The notes: generated by a model from the sequence alone, not told the origin. A stretch of 39,802 nt of DNA from an uncultured Candidatus Saccharibacteria bacterium (GCA_964636215.1 CAZWRJ010000006.1:1-39802), one strand, 5' to 3'; counted from the first letter of the stretch, positions 28,873 through 38,798 are shown. Numbers and translations are program-made.

Positions 28873-29732
28873 AAACCTACCTTGCTGTGTTTATTTTTCA
28901 GCCCATTTATTACCTCTTTTAGACGCTCATCTTTAAGTGCTCGACGTGAGCGATTAAAACTTAGTCTGAGATCAGATTCTGCTTCGTCGGCTCTTTGATG
29001 ACTAGCAGTCATGGCACGAAAGCGTGAAGCATATTGGGCCAGTTTGGAATCAAGAATTAGCTGGCTCACAGCTATGTAGAGCATGGAACGCTCTAGGTGA
29101 TCAACTAGATCATAGGTGCTGGGCTCGAATATATAATTGGCCTCACTGATGACATCTTCTTTGGCGGCAGCCTTTCGGCCTTGTTGCTGAACCACATTAA
29201 TTAATTCAATTCGTTTTACATCCTGGACCATTAGAGTGACGTATTCCTGATAAAAAACCACAGTGCTACGGTAGGTTTGGATCTCATTAATAATTGGTGC
29301 CACGTTGATATTTTGATCTCTTACCGGCAACTTGAAGTACTTTTTGTAGGAAACCCCTCGTTGAGCTAGCTGGAGCGCTCCGTGATGACCGATAACAATG
29401 ATGTCGTTCTTATCAGCCTGATAAGTTTGCATCATCAACTTGATTAATTTTTGGTCAATATCACCGCTAAAACCACCCTCGGCAGTAATCAATATGTAGA
29501 GTTCTTTGTTGTTAACCTGGCCTGCTTCTTGTCTTCGCCCAAAACCAAAATCAGGATTAACTCTAAGCTGGGAGTATATATACCAAAGTTGTTTAAAAAA
29601 TTCAGTGGCTTGAAGCACTTGGTTTTTAATCTGAGCAATGCGCATACTAGCCAGACTCTCAAAAGCACCAGTCAACTCCACGAGGGTGGTCATGGCTAGT
29701 TCTTCACGCTTGATATCATTAGGCCGTTTCAT
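28869..29732 (-). CDS. atpG: F1 gamma-like subunit (divergent)
   Basis: N-terminal helix [36 protein letters not shown]...FNRSRR; lies between alpha and beta. Confidence 0.85.
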   Translation of the reverse strand: MKRPNDIKREELAMTTLVELTGAFESLASMRIAQIKNQVLQATEFFKQLWYIYSQLRVNPDFGFGRRQEAGQVNNKELYILITAEGGFSGDIDQKLIKLMMQTYQADKNDIIVIGHHGALQLAQRGVSYKKYFKLPVRDQNINVAPIINEIQTYRSTVVFYQEYVTLMVQDVKRIELINVVQQQGRKAAAKEDVISEANYIFEPSTYDLVDHLERSMLYIAVSQLILDSKLAQYASRFRAMTASHQRADEAESDLRLSFNRSRRALKDERLKEVINGLKNKHSKVGL

Positions 29733-31249
29733 GATTTAGCCTTTTGATGGACTTCAGGCTTAGCGCCTTTAGCAGCTGCCGTCTTGTCTTGGTCGAATTT
29801 TGGAGCCGCTTGAGTTGAATCAATCTTTAGATTTATTAGACATTTAGTTTTAAGCTCTTCTCGCACCGGCTGATAACTATTATCATCCTTTACCATAGAC
29901 GCAAAACTATCAACGTTTAATTTTAAAGTTCCAATGTCTACGGAGGAGTTATCTTCAAGATTAAGTACGATATCAAGCATTAATTGTTGGGCAATTAGCG
30001 AGAAAGTAGTGCCTGTGGTTTGAGTTAAAAGTTCAAAAACTTGTTTACCAATTGTCATGGTTCGCTTGGTCTCAAGTGCCAATTCTGAACCAAAATGTGA
30101 ATATTCTTCAGCCTGACGGTAATCAGCTAGTAGTTTTAAGGTTTTGGCAGATAGTTCTTTTTGGCGCTTGTTATGACCTGCACCACCAACACGGGTAACA
30201 CTCAAACCTACATTTAAGGCCGGCCTAATACCTTTTCGAAAAATATCCATGTCCAAAATCCACTGACCATCGGTGATTGACATAACATTGGTGGGTAAAT
30301 AAGCTGTTATATCTCCACCGGCAGCATTGACGATAGCAATGCTGGTCAAATGAGCGCCTGTGCTTTCAAGACGACCAGCCCTTTCTAGGAGGCTAGAGTG
30401 GGTATAAAACATATCGCCTGGATAAGAGTCACGTCCTGGGCTAACACCACTAAGCAAGGCGATTTCTCTATAGACGTGGGCGTGGCTAGTTAAATCATCG
30501 TAAATAATAATGGTGTCTTGGGACAATTGTTGCCACAAGTACTCCGCCATGGAACAGGCCACATAAGGAGCAAGGTAGTTCATGATCGGCGACTCAAGCA
30601 TGGTGGATACTACAATTATGGCTTTGCTTAGTGCACCATTGGTTTCCAGTTGAGAAATCAGTGTATCGACGTCGTTTCGACTCTTAGCGATTAAAGCATA
30701 GACCACTATTTGATCAGTGTTTTTTTGATTAATCGTAAGTTGAGTTACTAAAGTACTTTTGCCTGATTTACCATCACCAAGTAGAGCCATACGCTGACCC
30801 CTTACTACCGGGAATAACGAATCGACAGCCATAACTCCACTTTCTAGTTGAGTATCAAGTAGTTTACGGTTATGCAGTGGGGGAGCCGCGTTAAAGACTG
30901 GCCAAACTGCGTCAGCAGCAATTGGTCCTTTGCCATCTAGCGGTTCACCCGTCACGCTGACTACTCGGCCTATGAAGTCCTTGCCAACTTTGCAGACTAG
31001 CTCTTGGTGCTGAATTACAGCCACCATGCCAACTGTCAGGTTTTTCGATCCAAGATGCAGAACTAACACATCGTCTTCGTTTATATGGTGCACAAACCCC
31101 TTACTACCGTCAGAAAACATTACTAGCGCCCTAGTATTGCATGGTTGTAAACCACGTACTCGAATTAAGAAACGATCTACGGAAATAACTTCGCCCACTG
31201 GGTTGCCGCTTTTGACTAGTCGGTCAAAGTGTTTGTTGTCACCATTCAT
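29729..31249 (-). CDS. atpA: F1 alpha-like subunit (divergent)
   Basis: [65 protein letters not shown]. Confidence 0.9.
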   Translation of the reverse strand: MNGDNKHFDRLVKSGNPVGEVISVDRFLIRVRGLQPCNTRALVMFSDGSKGFVHHINEDDVLVLHLGSKNLTVGMVAVIQHQELVCKVGKDFIGRVVSVTGEPLDGKGPIAADAVWPVFNAAPPLHNRKLLDTQLESGVMAVDSLFPVVRGQRMALLGDGKSGKSTLVTQLTINQKNTDQIVVYALIAKSRNDVDTLISQLETNGALSKAIIVVSTMLESPIMNYLAPYVACSMAEYLWQQLSQDTIIIYDDLTSHAHVYREIALLSGVSPGRDSYPGDMFYTHSSLLERAGRLESTGAHLTSIAIVNAAGGDITAYLPTNVMSITDGQWILDMDIFRKGIRPALNVGLSVTRVGGAGHNKRQKELSAKTLKLLADYRQAEEYSHFGSELALETKRTMTIGKQVFELLTQTTGTTFSLIAQQLMLDIVLNLEDNSSVDIGTLKLNVDSFASMVKDDNSYQPVREELKTKCLINLKIDSTQAAPKFDQDKTAAAKGAKPEVHQKAKS

Positions 31250-31767
31250 GCCGTCGGATTTCCTTTGGCAACTTCATCAGATTTAGGTTCAAAACGTGAG
31301 ATTAGTAATGAACGTTTGTCAGTAAACTTTTGTCGAAGGCTGAAATCGAAGTATTTATTGTCAGTACGTATTGTGCAGCCGGCACCCATTCCAGGTTGTA
31401 GGCCAGTTTGTAACATAACTTGAGGGTGAATATTCTGTCTGAGCCAAGTGATGAGTTTTTGCAGGAAAATAGCCGATGGATCAGTACTAAAACTCATATG
31501 CAAACGTGGAGCTTGCTCATAGACAGACTCCAAGTAGATTTTTAGCTTCTGGCGATCAGCTTCTTGAAGCATGTTAAGTTTGTTTAGCATAATTAAGTCA
31601 TCAAATAGCCGACTGGTTCTCGGCAACTTCATAGATGTACCAGGTTGACGCACCGCCGCTTGACGTAAAAAGGTATCGACAGTAACAAGTTCTTTCTGTA
31701 AACGAAAGATATCACTTCGGCCAACTACACTAGTAGGCAGGTGTAGTTCTACGAGCTCAGCTGTCAT
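31246..31767 (-). CDS. F1 delta-like protein (divergent)
   Basis: C-terminal [26 protein letters not shown] resembles the delta/OSCP C-domain (D..l.gG..i..gd..iD.S); lies directly before alpha. Confidence 0.65.
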   Translation of the reverse strand: MTAELVELHLPTSVVGRSDIFRLQKELVTVDTFLRQAAVRQPGTSMKLPRTSRLFDDLIMLNKLNMLQEADRQKLKIYLESVYEQAPRLHMSFSTDPSAIFLQKLITWLRQNIHPQVMLQTGLQPGMGAGCTIRTDNKYFDFSLRQKFTDKRSLLISRFEPKSDEVAKGNPTA

Positions 31768-32374
31768 GAGTTATGTCCTCGATGATTTCTTGCTTATGGG
31801 TTTCCAGTTCGCCCAGGATATATTCCAGCTGATCACTGAGGTCAATTTGGTCACCAACGGCCGCCAGTACGTAATGATTAACGATGTCGGCCATCTTGTT
31901 TTCGAATTGTTTGATCAAACGTTGTTTCTCATTATTGAGTTCTTGGGTCAATTGTTGACCCATCATTTGACGTTGTTGTTCAATAGCTTCTTGGGTCTTA
32001 GTAAGAGACTGGGTGGCTAGATCTTTGGCATCGGTGATTGATTTTTCATAGCGAGCAAATTCTTCCTGCAAGGTCCGAGTAATTTCTTCCTTCATGAAAT
32101 CGTTCAAATGAGAGGTTGTTAGGCGTAGATCTTGTTGCAAAAACATAGCATTTTCACCAATAATTTTTTCAAAGTGCAACCGCCCACGATTACGCAGTTC
32201 CTCGCGAAAATCACTATTAAAGATATGTTCAACGTCACGCTCAGCTTGATCTTGGTATGGATCTTTACCGGTCTTTGAGCCGTGACCTTTACCGAGTTGC
32301 TGAGCTATATAAATAAAAGCCACAGTCGCCGATAAGAGAGTGGCTAAAATTATTGCTAACTCCCATGCACTCAC
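31757..32374 (-). CDS. Fo b-like protein (single N-terminal TM plus long coiled coil)
   Basis: TM at aa 4-24 followed by about 150 aa of E/Q/K-rich helix; first gene of the F1-like operon. Confidence 0.55.
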   Translation of the reverse strand: MSAWELAIILATLLSATVAFIYIAQQLGKGHGSKTGKDPYQDQAERDVEHIFNSDFREELRNRGRLHFEKIIGENAMFLQQDLRLTTSHLNDFMKEEITRTLQEEFARYEKSITDAKDLATQSLTKTQEAIEQQRQMMGQQLTQELNNEKQRLIKQFENKMADIVNHYVLAAVGDQIDLSDQLEYILGELETHKQEIIEDITHDS

Positions 32375-32472
32375 TATAAAATTCCCACCTTAAATTGTGC
32401 TCATTACTTCAGTATAAATATACCTCAAAGATACCGCTTATGGAAATCACTTGATATAGGCATCTACCTCTG

Positions 32473-33633
32473 CTAGTGGACAATACTAGACAAACTGTCA
32501 ACAAAGTAACGAATACTGCTTTCGGTAGTGAATTGGCCCATGGTTATGCGCAAGCTAGCCTGGGCGTCTTTATCACTAAGGCCAATGCTCTTTAGTACAT
32601 GGGAGGGTTCGGCAGAACTGGCACTACAAGCAGAGCCAGCTGCACATTCAATGCCTCTCTCGTCAAGGGCAAATAATAGTCTTTCATTATCTTGACCATG
32701 TATGGTTATGTGCAAATTATTAGGCAGACGATGTTTTAAGGAACCGTTAATTTTTGCCTGTGGCAATTGTTGGCTAAGTAGATCAATAAGTAATTTCTGT
32801 AACGAATTTAGGCGTTTAACTTCTATTGGTCTTTTTTTGGCAACTAGTTCCAGAGCCTTAGCCAAACCAATTGAAGCTGCCACATTTTCAGTACCGCTTC
32901 TAAGACCTCGTTCTTGGCCGCCACCGTAAATCAAAGGCTCAAGTTTTACCTTATTACTGACATATAGGACACCGCTCTGTTTTGGCCCATAGATCTTGCC
33001 ACCATTCAGGCTCATAAGATCAACCCTCAAGCGATTTACGTGTAAATCAAGATAATTAGCTGCTTGACAGGCATCTGTGTGAAAATAAAGCGGTAGTTTA
33101 TTACCTTTTTTAAGCCGTTCGATTTTAATTTGTTGGATAACTCCAGCTAGTTCTTTGATTGACTGAATGGTACCAATTTCGTTGTTGGCATACATAATAC
33201 TGATTAGCACCGTGTCACTTGTAATAACTTTGTTGAGTTCATCGGCGGTGATCAGGCCTTCTTGGGTGGGTCTAAGCTCCGTGAGACGAAAGCCTTTAGA
33301 CGCCAACTTTTTGGCCGGCTGAAGTATCGAATCATGCTCCAGACTACTAACGACCAGGTGCTTACCTGGAAATTGTTTCATGATCCCAAAGATCGCTAGG
33401 TTGTTAGCCTCGGTGCCACCAGCTGCAAAAATTATTTCGCTGGATCTGGCTCCTAGTACCGATGCCACCTTACTTCTGGCGCTACCTAGGTCTTGGTTGA
33501 CTTGTTTGGCAGCAAGATAGATAGCCGATGGGTTATAAAATTGATCACTCAAATAAGGCTTCATAGCCGCGAGAACTTGTTTATTTAACGGTGTAGCGGC
33601 TGCATAATCTAGATATACGTGGTTTTTAGCCAT
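32473..33633 (-). CDS. iscS: Cysteine desulfurase (IscS/NifS type)
   Basis: YLDYAAATP, GGTEANN, MYANNEIG, HTDACQA, GGKIYGPK, RSGTEN, AGSACS. Confidence 0.93.
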   Translation of the reverse strand: MAKNHVYLDYAAATPLNKQVLAAMKPYLSDQFYNPSAIYLAAKQVNQDLGSARSKVASVLGARSSEIIFAAGGTEANNLAIFGIMKQFPGKHLVVSSLEHDSILQPAKKLASKGFRLTELRPTQEGLITADELNKVITSDTVLISIMYANNEIGTIQSIKELAGVIQQIKIERLKKGNKLPLYFHTDACQAANYLDLHVNRLRVDLMSLNGGKIYGPKQSGVLYVSNKVKLEPLIYGGGQERGLRSGTENVAASIGLAKALELVAKKRPIEVKRLNSLQKLLIDLLSQQLPQAKINGSLKHRLPNNLHITIHGQDNERLLFALDERGIECAAGSACSASSAEPSHVLKSIGLSDKDAQASLRITMGQFTTESSIRYFVDSLSSIVH

Positions 33634-33665
33634 TTAAGCAAACCTAAAGCTTATGTTTAGTAATA

Positions 33666-34034
33666 CTAGGTGATGTTGGCGTACATTTCGCGGTCAACTC
33701 GCTCAACATACAGCTCAACAGCTTGGCGGAAACGTAAGGCTTCTTGTCTAGAAATTCTCTGGTATTGACCGTTTTGAAACTTTAGTACTCCATCAGGACG
33801 GACATCATAACGCGTGGTTCTAATCTGTGTCTTACCGGATTGGTCTTTCCATTCCTCGTGCCAAATCCAACTGTGGTCGTCCAAACGAAAGAATTCCCGT
33901 CTGTGGCCAGCCGGTATTGGACCAAAAACTTGGCCGCCAATTCGAGCTTCGTGACGAATAAGATCGCGGTACAGGTCAGCTTTCCGCTGATTGTGGCGGT
34001 CGTTTAGAATGGTATTAAGCAGCTTTTGGATCAC
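33666..34034 (-). CDS. Hypothetical protein (122 aa)
   Basis: Operonic ORF with globular, aromatic-rich composition (REFFRLDDHSWIWHEEW). Confidence 0.7.
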   Translation of the reverse strand: MIQKLLNTILNDRHNQRKADLYRDLIRHEARIGGQVFGPIPAGHRREFFRLDDHSWIWHEEWKDQSGKTQIRTTRYDVRPDGVLKFQNGQYQRISRQEALRFRQAVELYVERVDREMYANIT

Positions 34035-34305
34035 TGTCTAATCCTTCGTATTGAATAAATGCATCTGCAACACTTTTTTGAGCGGCCTCTACATCAGTTG
34101 ATGGAGAAGTCGGTGGTGTGATTTGAGGCTCTGGGGCTTTAGGGACAAATTCTACGACATTAGATTCTTGTGCTGGCTTTTGGACTTGTGGTTGGTCTTC
34201 TGGTGGGATGACTTCGAACACTATTCGTAATTGTGCGTAATTACCAAATTTACGCTGTCGCGGAATAGCGGTTAAGTCTTCTGGTGCTTGTTCTGGTGTG
34301 TACAT
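34015..34305 (-). CDS. Hypothetical Pro/Gln/Glu-rich protein (96 aa)
   Basis: ATG immediately after the tatD stop; overlaps the next gene by 20 nt. Confidence 0.6.
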   Translation of the reverse strand: MYTPEQAPEDLTAIPRQRKFGNYAQLRIVFEVIPPEDQPQVQKPAQESNVVEFVPKAPEPQITPPTSPSTDVEAAQKSVADAFIQYEGLDSDPKAA

Positions 34306-35079
34306 CTAGTCCTCTAGCCCGAACAATTTTATAGCGTTGTGGGTTGTGGCCGCAGCTAGCTCCTCGAGAGATTCATTTCTCAAGTTGCTTAAAAAATTTG
34401 CAGTCACCACCACGTGTTTAGGCTGACAGATTGTACCACGCTCTGGGGCTGGTGTCAAGAAGGGCGCATCTGTTTCTAGTAGTAATTTTTGCAGCGGAAC
34501 TGTTTTTGCTGCAGCTAGTTGTTCAGCGTTTTTAGTAAAGGTCATGATGCCATTAAGACCAACGTAGAGCTCCCTGGCTAATATTTCATCAAGTTCTTTC
34601 TGACCGGCCGAAAAACTATGTATTACCCCTGTTAAACTCGGATATTCATCGTAAATTTTCCAAAAATCATCAAAAGCCTCTCGAACATGAAAAATTAATG
34701 GTTTCTGGTTAACCGAGGCTAGCTCCAACTGAAATCTAAATAGTTTTTTCTGATCTTCTTTAGACGAATGCATGTAGTGGTAATCAAGCCCCGTTTCGCC
34801 AATGGCTACCACTTTAGGCTTATTAGCTAGATCCCGAAACTTATCCAGTAAGACAGTGTCATTGACATAAATTTCAGCTTCGTGAGGATGTAAGCCTATA
34901 CTAGCCCAACACCCTGGATTAGAGCTGGCAAAATCAATGGCCATTTGACTATCGCTCAAGGTGCAGCCTACACAGATTAACCGTTTAACGCCTTCTTTTT
35001 GGGCTTCATCAAGAACCGCCCTTGGGTCAAGCTGATAGTCAGGAAAATGTATGTGACAGTGGGTGTCTGTCAATTCCAT
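34306..35079 (-). CDS. tatD: TatD family deoxyribonuclease
   Basis: DTHCH, GLHPH, IGETGLDY, HVREA, VIHSF, LETDAP. Confidence 0.95.
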   Translation of the reverse strand: MELTDTHCHIHFPDYQLDPRAVLDEAQKEGVKRLICVGCTLSDSQMAIDFASSNPGCWASIGLHPHEAEIYVNDTVLLDKFRDLANKPKVVAIGETGLDYHYMHSSKEDQKKLFRFQLELASVNQKPLIFHVREAFDDFWKIYDEYPSLTGVIHSFSAGQKELDEILARELYVGLNGIMTFTKNAEQLAAAKTVPLQKLLLETDAPFLTPAPERGTICQPKHVVVTANFLSNLRNESLEELAAATTHNAIKLFGLED

Positions 35080-35088
35080 GGTTTTTCT

Positions 35089-36540
35089 TTAGGCCCCGGG
35101 GACGTCGAGTTTTTCTTTGCGGGGGAACAAGGTAGTTTCTAGAGGATGAACTAAACCAGTTTTTATGACGTGTTGGATTCTAGTAGCGGTAGTCGGCAGA
35201 AAGGGCGTCAAAAGCTCGGCAATCTCTAGTAAACAGCTAACTTGATAAGCTAATACTTCCCTGAGATGTTCGGTGTCACCGTTCTTGTGTATTTCCCAAG
35301 GTTTTTCCTCGTCGATGTATTGGTTGAGCCCACGAACCTGCTCCCAAATGGCATCCAGAGCTTGGTCAAAGTGACATTTTTCCAGTGCTGCCCAGATTTG
35401 GGCTTTGTCATGACCGCCTTCTGGAATATCGCCGATTATACCGTTTTGATACTGTTTAACCATAGCAACGGTACGTTGAACAGCATTACCAAGCTCATTG
35501 GCTAATTCGTGGTTGTAGGCATCATGAAATCGTTGCCAATTAAAATCACCATCCTCGTATGACGGGATGTGCCTTAAGAAAAAGTAACGGAAGGCATCAG
35601 TACCGTAAGCCTTGATGACGTCAATTGGCGATACAGAATTGCCTAGTGATTTGCTCATTTTTTTGTTGTCGACGGTTATATAACCATGGACGTATAGAGT
35701 TTTAGGCAACGGCAAACCAAGTGCTAGTAGCATGCCAGGCCAAATGGCTGCATGAAAGCGCAAAATACCCTTACCAATCACTTGAACATTGGCTGGCCAG
35801 AACTTCTTAAAGTCATCGTTTTCAGGATAACCAAGGACTGTTAAATAGTTCATTAGAGCTTCAAACCAGACATACATCACTTGGGAGTCATCACCAGGAA
35901 CTGGAATGCCCCAGGCAATTTTGTCTTTGGGCCGGCTGACACTAATATCCTCCAGGCCGTCTTTAAGTACGCTGAGGATTTCGTGTTTACGAGTAGCTGG
36001 AATTATCTGAAAGGAACCATTCTCGATTTTGGTTTTTATCTCGTCGGTGTATTTACTAAGTTTAAAGAAATAATTTTCTTCTTCGATTTTTTCGTAAGGA
36101 CGATTATGGTCTGGGCAGATGCCCTTGTTAGCTTTGACAGTTTGTTCAGTAAAAAATTCCTCGTCGCCAGTGCAGTACCAGCCTTCGTATTTGCCCTTAT
36201 AAATGTCTTTGCTGATACTTTTCCAGATAAGCTGAGCCCGTTGCTCATGTCCTTTGTCGGTCGTTCTGATGAAACGATCATTGCTAATATCCAAGATCTT
36301 GCAGAGATTTCTGAAATCCTGACTCATCTTGTTACTAAGAGCTTGCGGTGTCATCTTGAGTTCTGCGGCTTTTTCGGCCACTTTGCCACCGTGTTCATCC
36401 GTTCCAGTGCTAAAAATAACAGTTTTGCCCTGAGCTCTAGCAGCTCGAGCTAAAACATCAGCCATTACAAACTCCAAGGCGTGGCCTAGGTGTGGCTCGC
36501 CATTAACATACGGAATGGAGGTGGTGATGTAATAATTCAT
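35089..36540 (-). CDS. metG: Methionine--tRNA ligase (short form)
   Basis: YVNGEPHLGH, GTDEHG, YVWFEAL, KMSKSLGN; no C-terminal tRNA-binding appendix. Confidence 0.96.
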   Translation of the reverse strand: MNYYITTSIPYVNGEPHLGHALEFVMADVLARAARAQGKTVIFSTGTDEHGGKVAEKAAELKMTPQALSNKMSQDFRNLCKILDISNDRFIRTTDKGHEQRAQLIWKSISKDIYKGKYEGWYCTGDEEFFTEQTVKANKGICPDHNRPYEKIEEENYFFKLSKYTDEIKTKIENGSFQIIPATRKHEILSVLKDGLEDISVSRPKDKIAWGIPVPGDDSQVMYVWFEALMNYLTVLGYPENDDFKKFWPANVQVIGKGILRFHAAIWPGMLLALGLPLPKTLYVHGYITVDNKKMSKSLGNSVSPIDVIKAYGTDAFRYFFLRHIPSYEDGDFNWQRFHDAYNHELANELGNAVQRTVAMVKQYQNGIIGDIPEGGHDKAQIWAALEKCHFDQALDAIWEQVRGLNQYIDEEKPWEIHKNGDTEHLREVLAYQVSCLLEIAELLTPFLPTTATRIQHVIKTGLVHPLETTLFPRKEKLDVPGA

Positions 36541-36560
36541 AACTGGTCTATTGTACCAGT

Positions 36561-37091
36561 TTACAGAAGTGAAATTTGCTGATTATTCAATTCTGTTTCA
36601 CTAGGCCCGGAATTTTGCTCAGGCAGTGATTCGCCCAGTTTGGTAGCTAGTCTTCTAACTAACTCATCTTGGCCGGGGTGAAGCTTTGTGGTGGCTGTTA
36701 ATAAATCAAACCATTCTACCCGATCCACCTCTGGGAAAGTTTGTTGCTGGTCAGAGCGTGGTGGCCACTCCATAGTAAAACTATTGCTGGCAGCTACTAT
36801 AGAGCCTAGGTCTTTTTCGATAGCCCAGGCGGTAACAATTTTGCCACCGGCTTGAACAATATTACCGAGCTCCTGATATTCGCCTTCGGGTGGTTTCTGG
36901 CCAGTCTCTTCCTCAAATTCACGTTTAGCTACCACAAAAGGATTTTCTTCTGGTTGATACTCACCTTTCGGGATAGACCAAGCCTGATTATCTTTTTTGG
37001 CCCAAAAAGGACCACCAGGATGAGCCAACAGAACCTCAACCTTCTGGCCATTACGTCTATAAACTAAAATTCCAGCGCTTTGCTTCTTCAT
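36561..37091 (-). CDS. NUDIX hydrolase
   Basis: SAGILVYR, HPGGPFW, Nudix box GEYQPEENPFVVAKREFEEETG, FPEVDR. Confidence 0.9.
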   Translation of the reverse strand: MKKQSAGILVYRRNGQKVEVLLAHPGGPFWAKKDNQAWSIPKGEYQPEENPFVVAKREFEEETGQKPPEGEYQELGNIVQAGGKIVTAWAIEKDLGSIVAASNSFTMEWPPRSDQQQTFPEVDRVEWFDLLTATTKLHPGQDELVRRLATKLGESLPEQNSGPSETELNNQQISLL

Positions 37092-37098
37092 AAATTAT

Positions 37099-37175
37099 TG
37101 GTGGGACTGCATGGATTCGAACCATGGACCTCACGAATGTGAATCGTGCGCTCTAGCCAACTGAGCTACAATCCC
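37099..37175 (-). tRNA. tRNA-Val(CAC)
   Basis: Reverse complement reads GGGATTG TAGCTCAGTTGGCTAGAGC, CACGA-TTCACAT-TCGTG, CATGG-TTCGAAT-CCATG, CAGTCCC-ACCA. Confidence 0.95.
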
Positions 37176-37211
37176 GAGATATCTTCATTCTACTCCTTAA
37201 AACTTAGAAAT

Positions 37212-38471
37212 TTATTGTACGTCGATAAATTTCCGGCAAAAGTATTCAAACACCGAATTAGTCCAACCAAATCCCGTCTGTGAAGGATACAAACCTTTAG
37301 CTGGTGGTTTTTCTGGTGAAACAACATTATATTTTTCTAAGAAAATACCGTTTTTGTTGAACCAATCCAGGTTGGTTCTCAGCCATTTCAGGGCAATTCG
37401 CCTAGCATCGTCCTTGTAACCATAGCGCTCCAGGCCTTGCACGACCAGAAAATGTAACGGCGCCCAGCCATTGGGGTAAGCCCACTGGGTCGGTGTGCCG
37501 GCGCGAACTAGCTGACCGAGTTGTGGCACATCAGTAGTAGCCAACCCACCAGTTTGCTCAAAACGTCTTAGGGCTTTAACCATTTGAGCGGCTTGTTTCT
37601 CGCTGACCATCCCAGCCCACAGCGGGTAAAAACCAGCTAGTGAGCTAACAACTGAGCGCTTTTGGCGCACGTAATCATAGTCATAGTAAAAGCCCTTGAG
37701 ACTGCTCCACATTAGATCATTCATGATCTTTTTACGTTCGTGTGCTAAGGTAGCCCATTTATCAGCAGTTTGTTCATCACCTAGAAAGTGATAATAACGA
37801 GCCAGATCAATTTCGTATTTATACAAAAGAGCATTCAGATCAACTGGTAAATAATTGAGACATTTGCGGCCAAATCTTGGTGTCATATCCCAGCCACTCT
37901 CGGCCTCAGCTAAGTCATGCAAATAATTAAGGTCATAGTAACGGCTTAGACCTTTATGTACTAGGCGAGCATGAGGTTTGGTGGTCCCCATCCAGACTTT
38001 GTTATATTCAGCTTCGGCCACCTTCATTGCTGACTTTAACCATCGTTTCCCGGGATGATATTCATCATAAACATCCCATATAAAACTGGTTAGAAAAGGC
38101 GGCTGGGAATGCCCGCTCAAGTAAGTACGAGAGGCGTTGGGGATTACGCCGCATACGTCAAACTCTACAAATAAATCGTCAAGTATACCTTGCACTAGGT
38201 CTTGATGAGTCTTGTCTAATAAACCCTGAACCATGAAATAGCTATCCCAGTAATACAGCTCATTGAAATCAAACTCGTGCCCTTCTTCGTGTGCAGGCAC
38301 TAGATAAGGATTAGGTAATCCAATTAGGCTTTCGTCGTTTTTTGGATGAAAACGAGTAAGCTTTTCCCAATAGTCAGCGATATAGTCGCGAGCTGGTTGA
38401 ACATCACCGGCCGACAGGCCTCGTTGGCGTCTGAATAGATTCCTAGCGAAGTGTTTGGTTTTGGAAAGCAT
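37212..38471 (-). CDS. Alpha,alpha-trehalase (GH37), probably cytoplasmic
   Basis: ELYYWDSYF, SQPPFL, AESGWD, PVDLNALLY, PNGWAP, LEKY, GFGWTN. Confidence 0.88.
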   Translation of the reverse strand: MLSKTKHFARNLFRRQRGLSAGDVQPARDYIADYWEKLTRFHPKNDESLIGLPNPYLVPAHEEGHEFDFNELYYWDSYFMVQGLLDKTHQDLVQGILDDLFVEFDVCGVIPNASRTYLSGHSQPPFLTSFIWDVYDEYHPGKRWLKSAMKVAEAEYNKVWMGTTKPHARLVHKGLSRYYDLNYLHDLAEAESGWDMTPRFGRKCLNYLPVDLNALLYKYEIDLARYYHFLGDEQTADKWATLAHERKKIMNDLMWSSLKGFYYDYDYVRQKRSVVSSLAGFYPLWAGMVSEKQAAQMVKALRRFEQTGGLATTDVPQLGQLVRAGTPTQWAYPNGWAPLHFLVVQGLERYGYKDDARRIALKWLRTNLDWFNKNGIFLEKYNVVSPEKPPAKGLYPSQTGFGWTNSVFEYFCRKFIDVQ

Positions 38472-38537
38472 GATCTCAGCCTAGGTCAATACTGACGCCC
38501 GGTCAACACCCAGGTTGGATAATGTGGATTTATGAGC

Positions 38538-38798
38538 CTATACGGGGTCTGATGGTTGTACGTCAGCTGGTTCGGCTTGACTCAAGCTTTGTAATTCATC
38601 TAGTTCAGCTAAAATACCAGCATTTTCGTCGCTGTGAGCAGTTTGTGCTCTGCGCAATTTGGCCATGGCACCGAAAACTACTTTGGTAACTGGGTTCCCA
38701 GCATTGTCTCTTCGGCGAACTGCTTCTTCGAAGGCTGTTCTATCAGCGTCGTAACGAGCTAATGCAGCCTCAAAAGTTGATTCATCTAATCTTTCCAT
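38538..38798 (-). CDS. Hypothetical helical protein
   Basis: ORF fills the gap; start taken at MERLDE (ATG 38798). Confidence 0.55.
   Translation of the reverse strand: MERLDESTFEAALARYDADRTAFEEAVRRRDNAGNPVTKVVFGAMAKLRRAQTAHSDENAGILAELDELQSLSQAEPADVQPSDPV

Noticed and set aside
35881-36453. 190 aa plus-strand ORF and the other short antisense ORFs in the track
   Set aside because: They lie wholly opposite well-supported genes (metG, uvrA, obgE, atp genes) and show no recognisable motifs; they are shadow ORFs.
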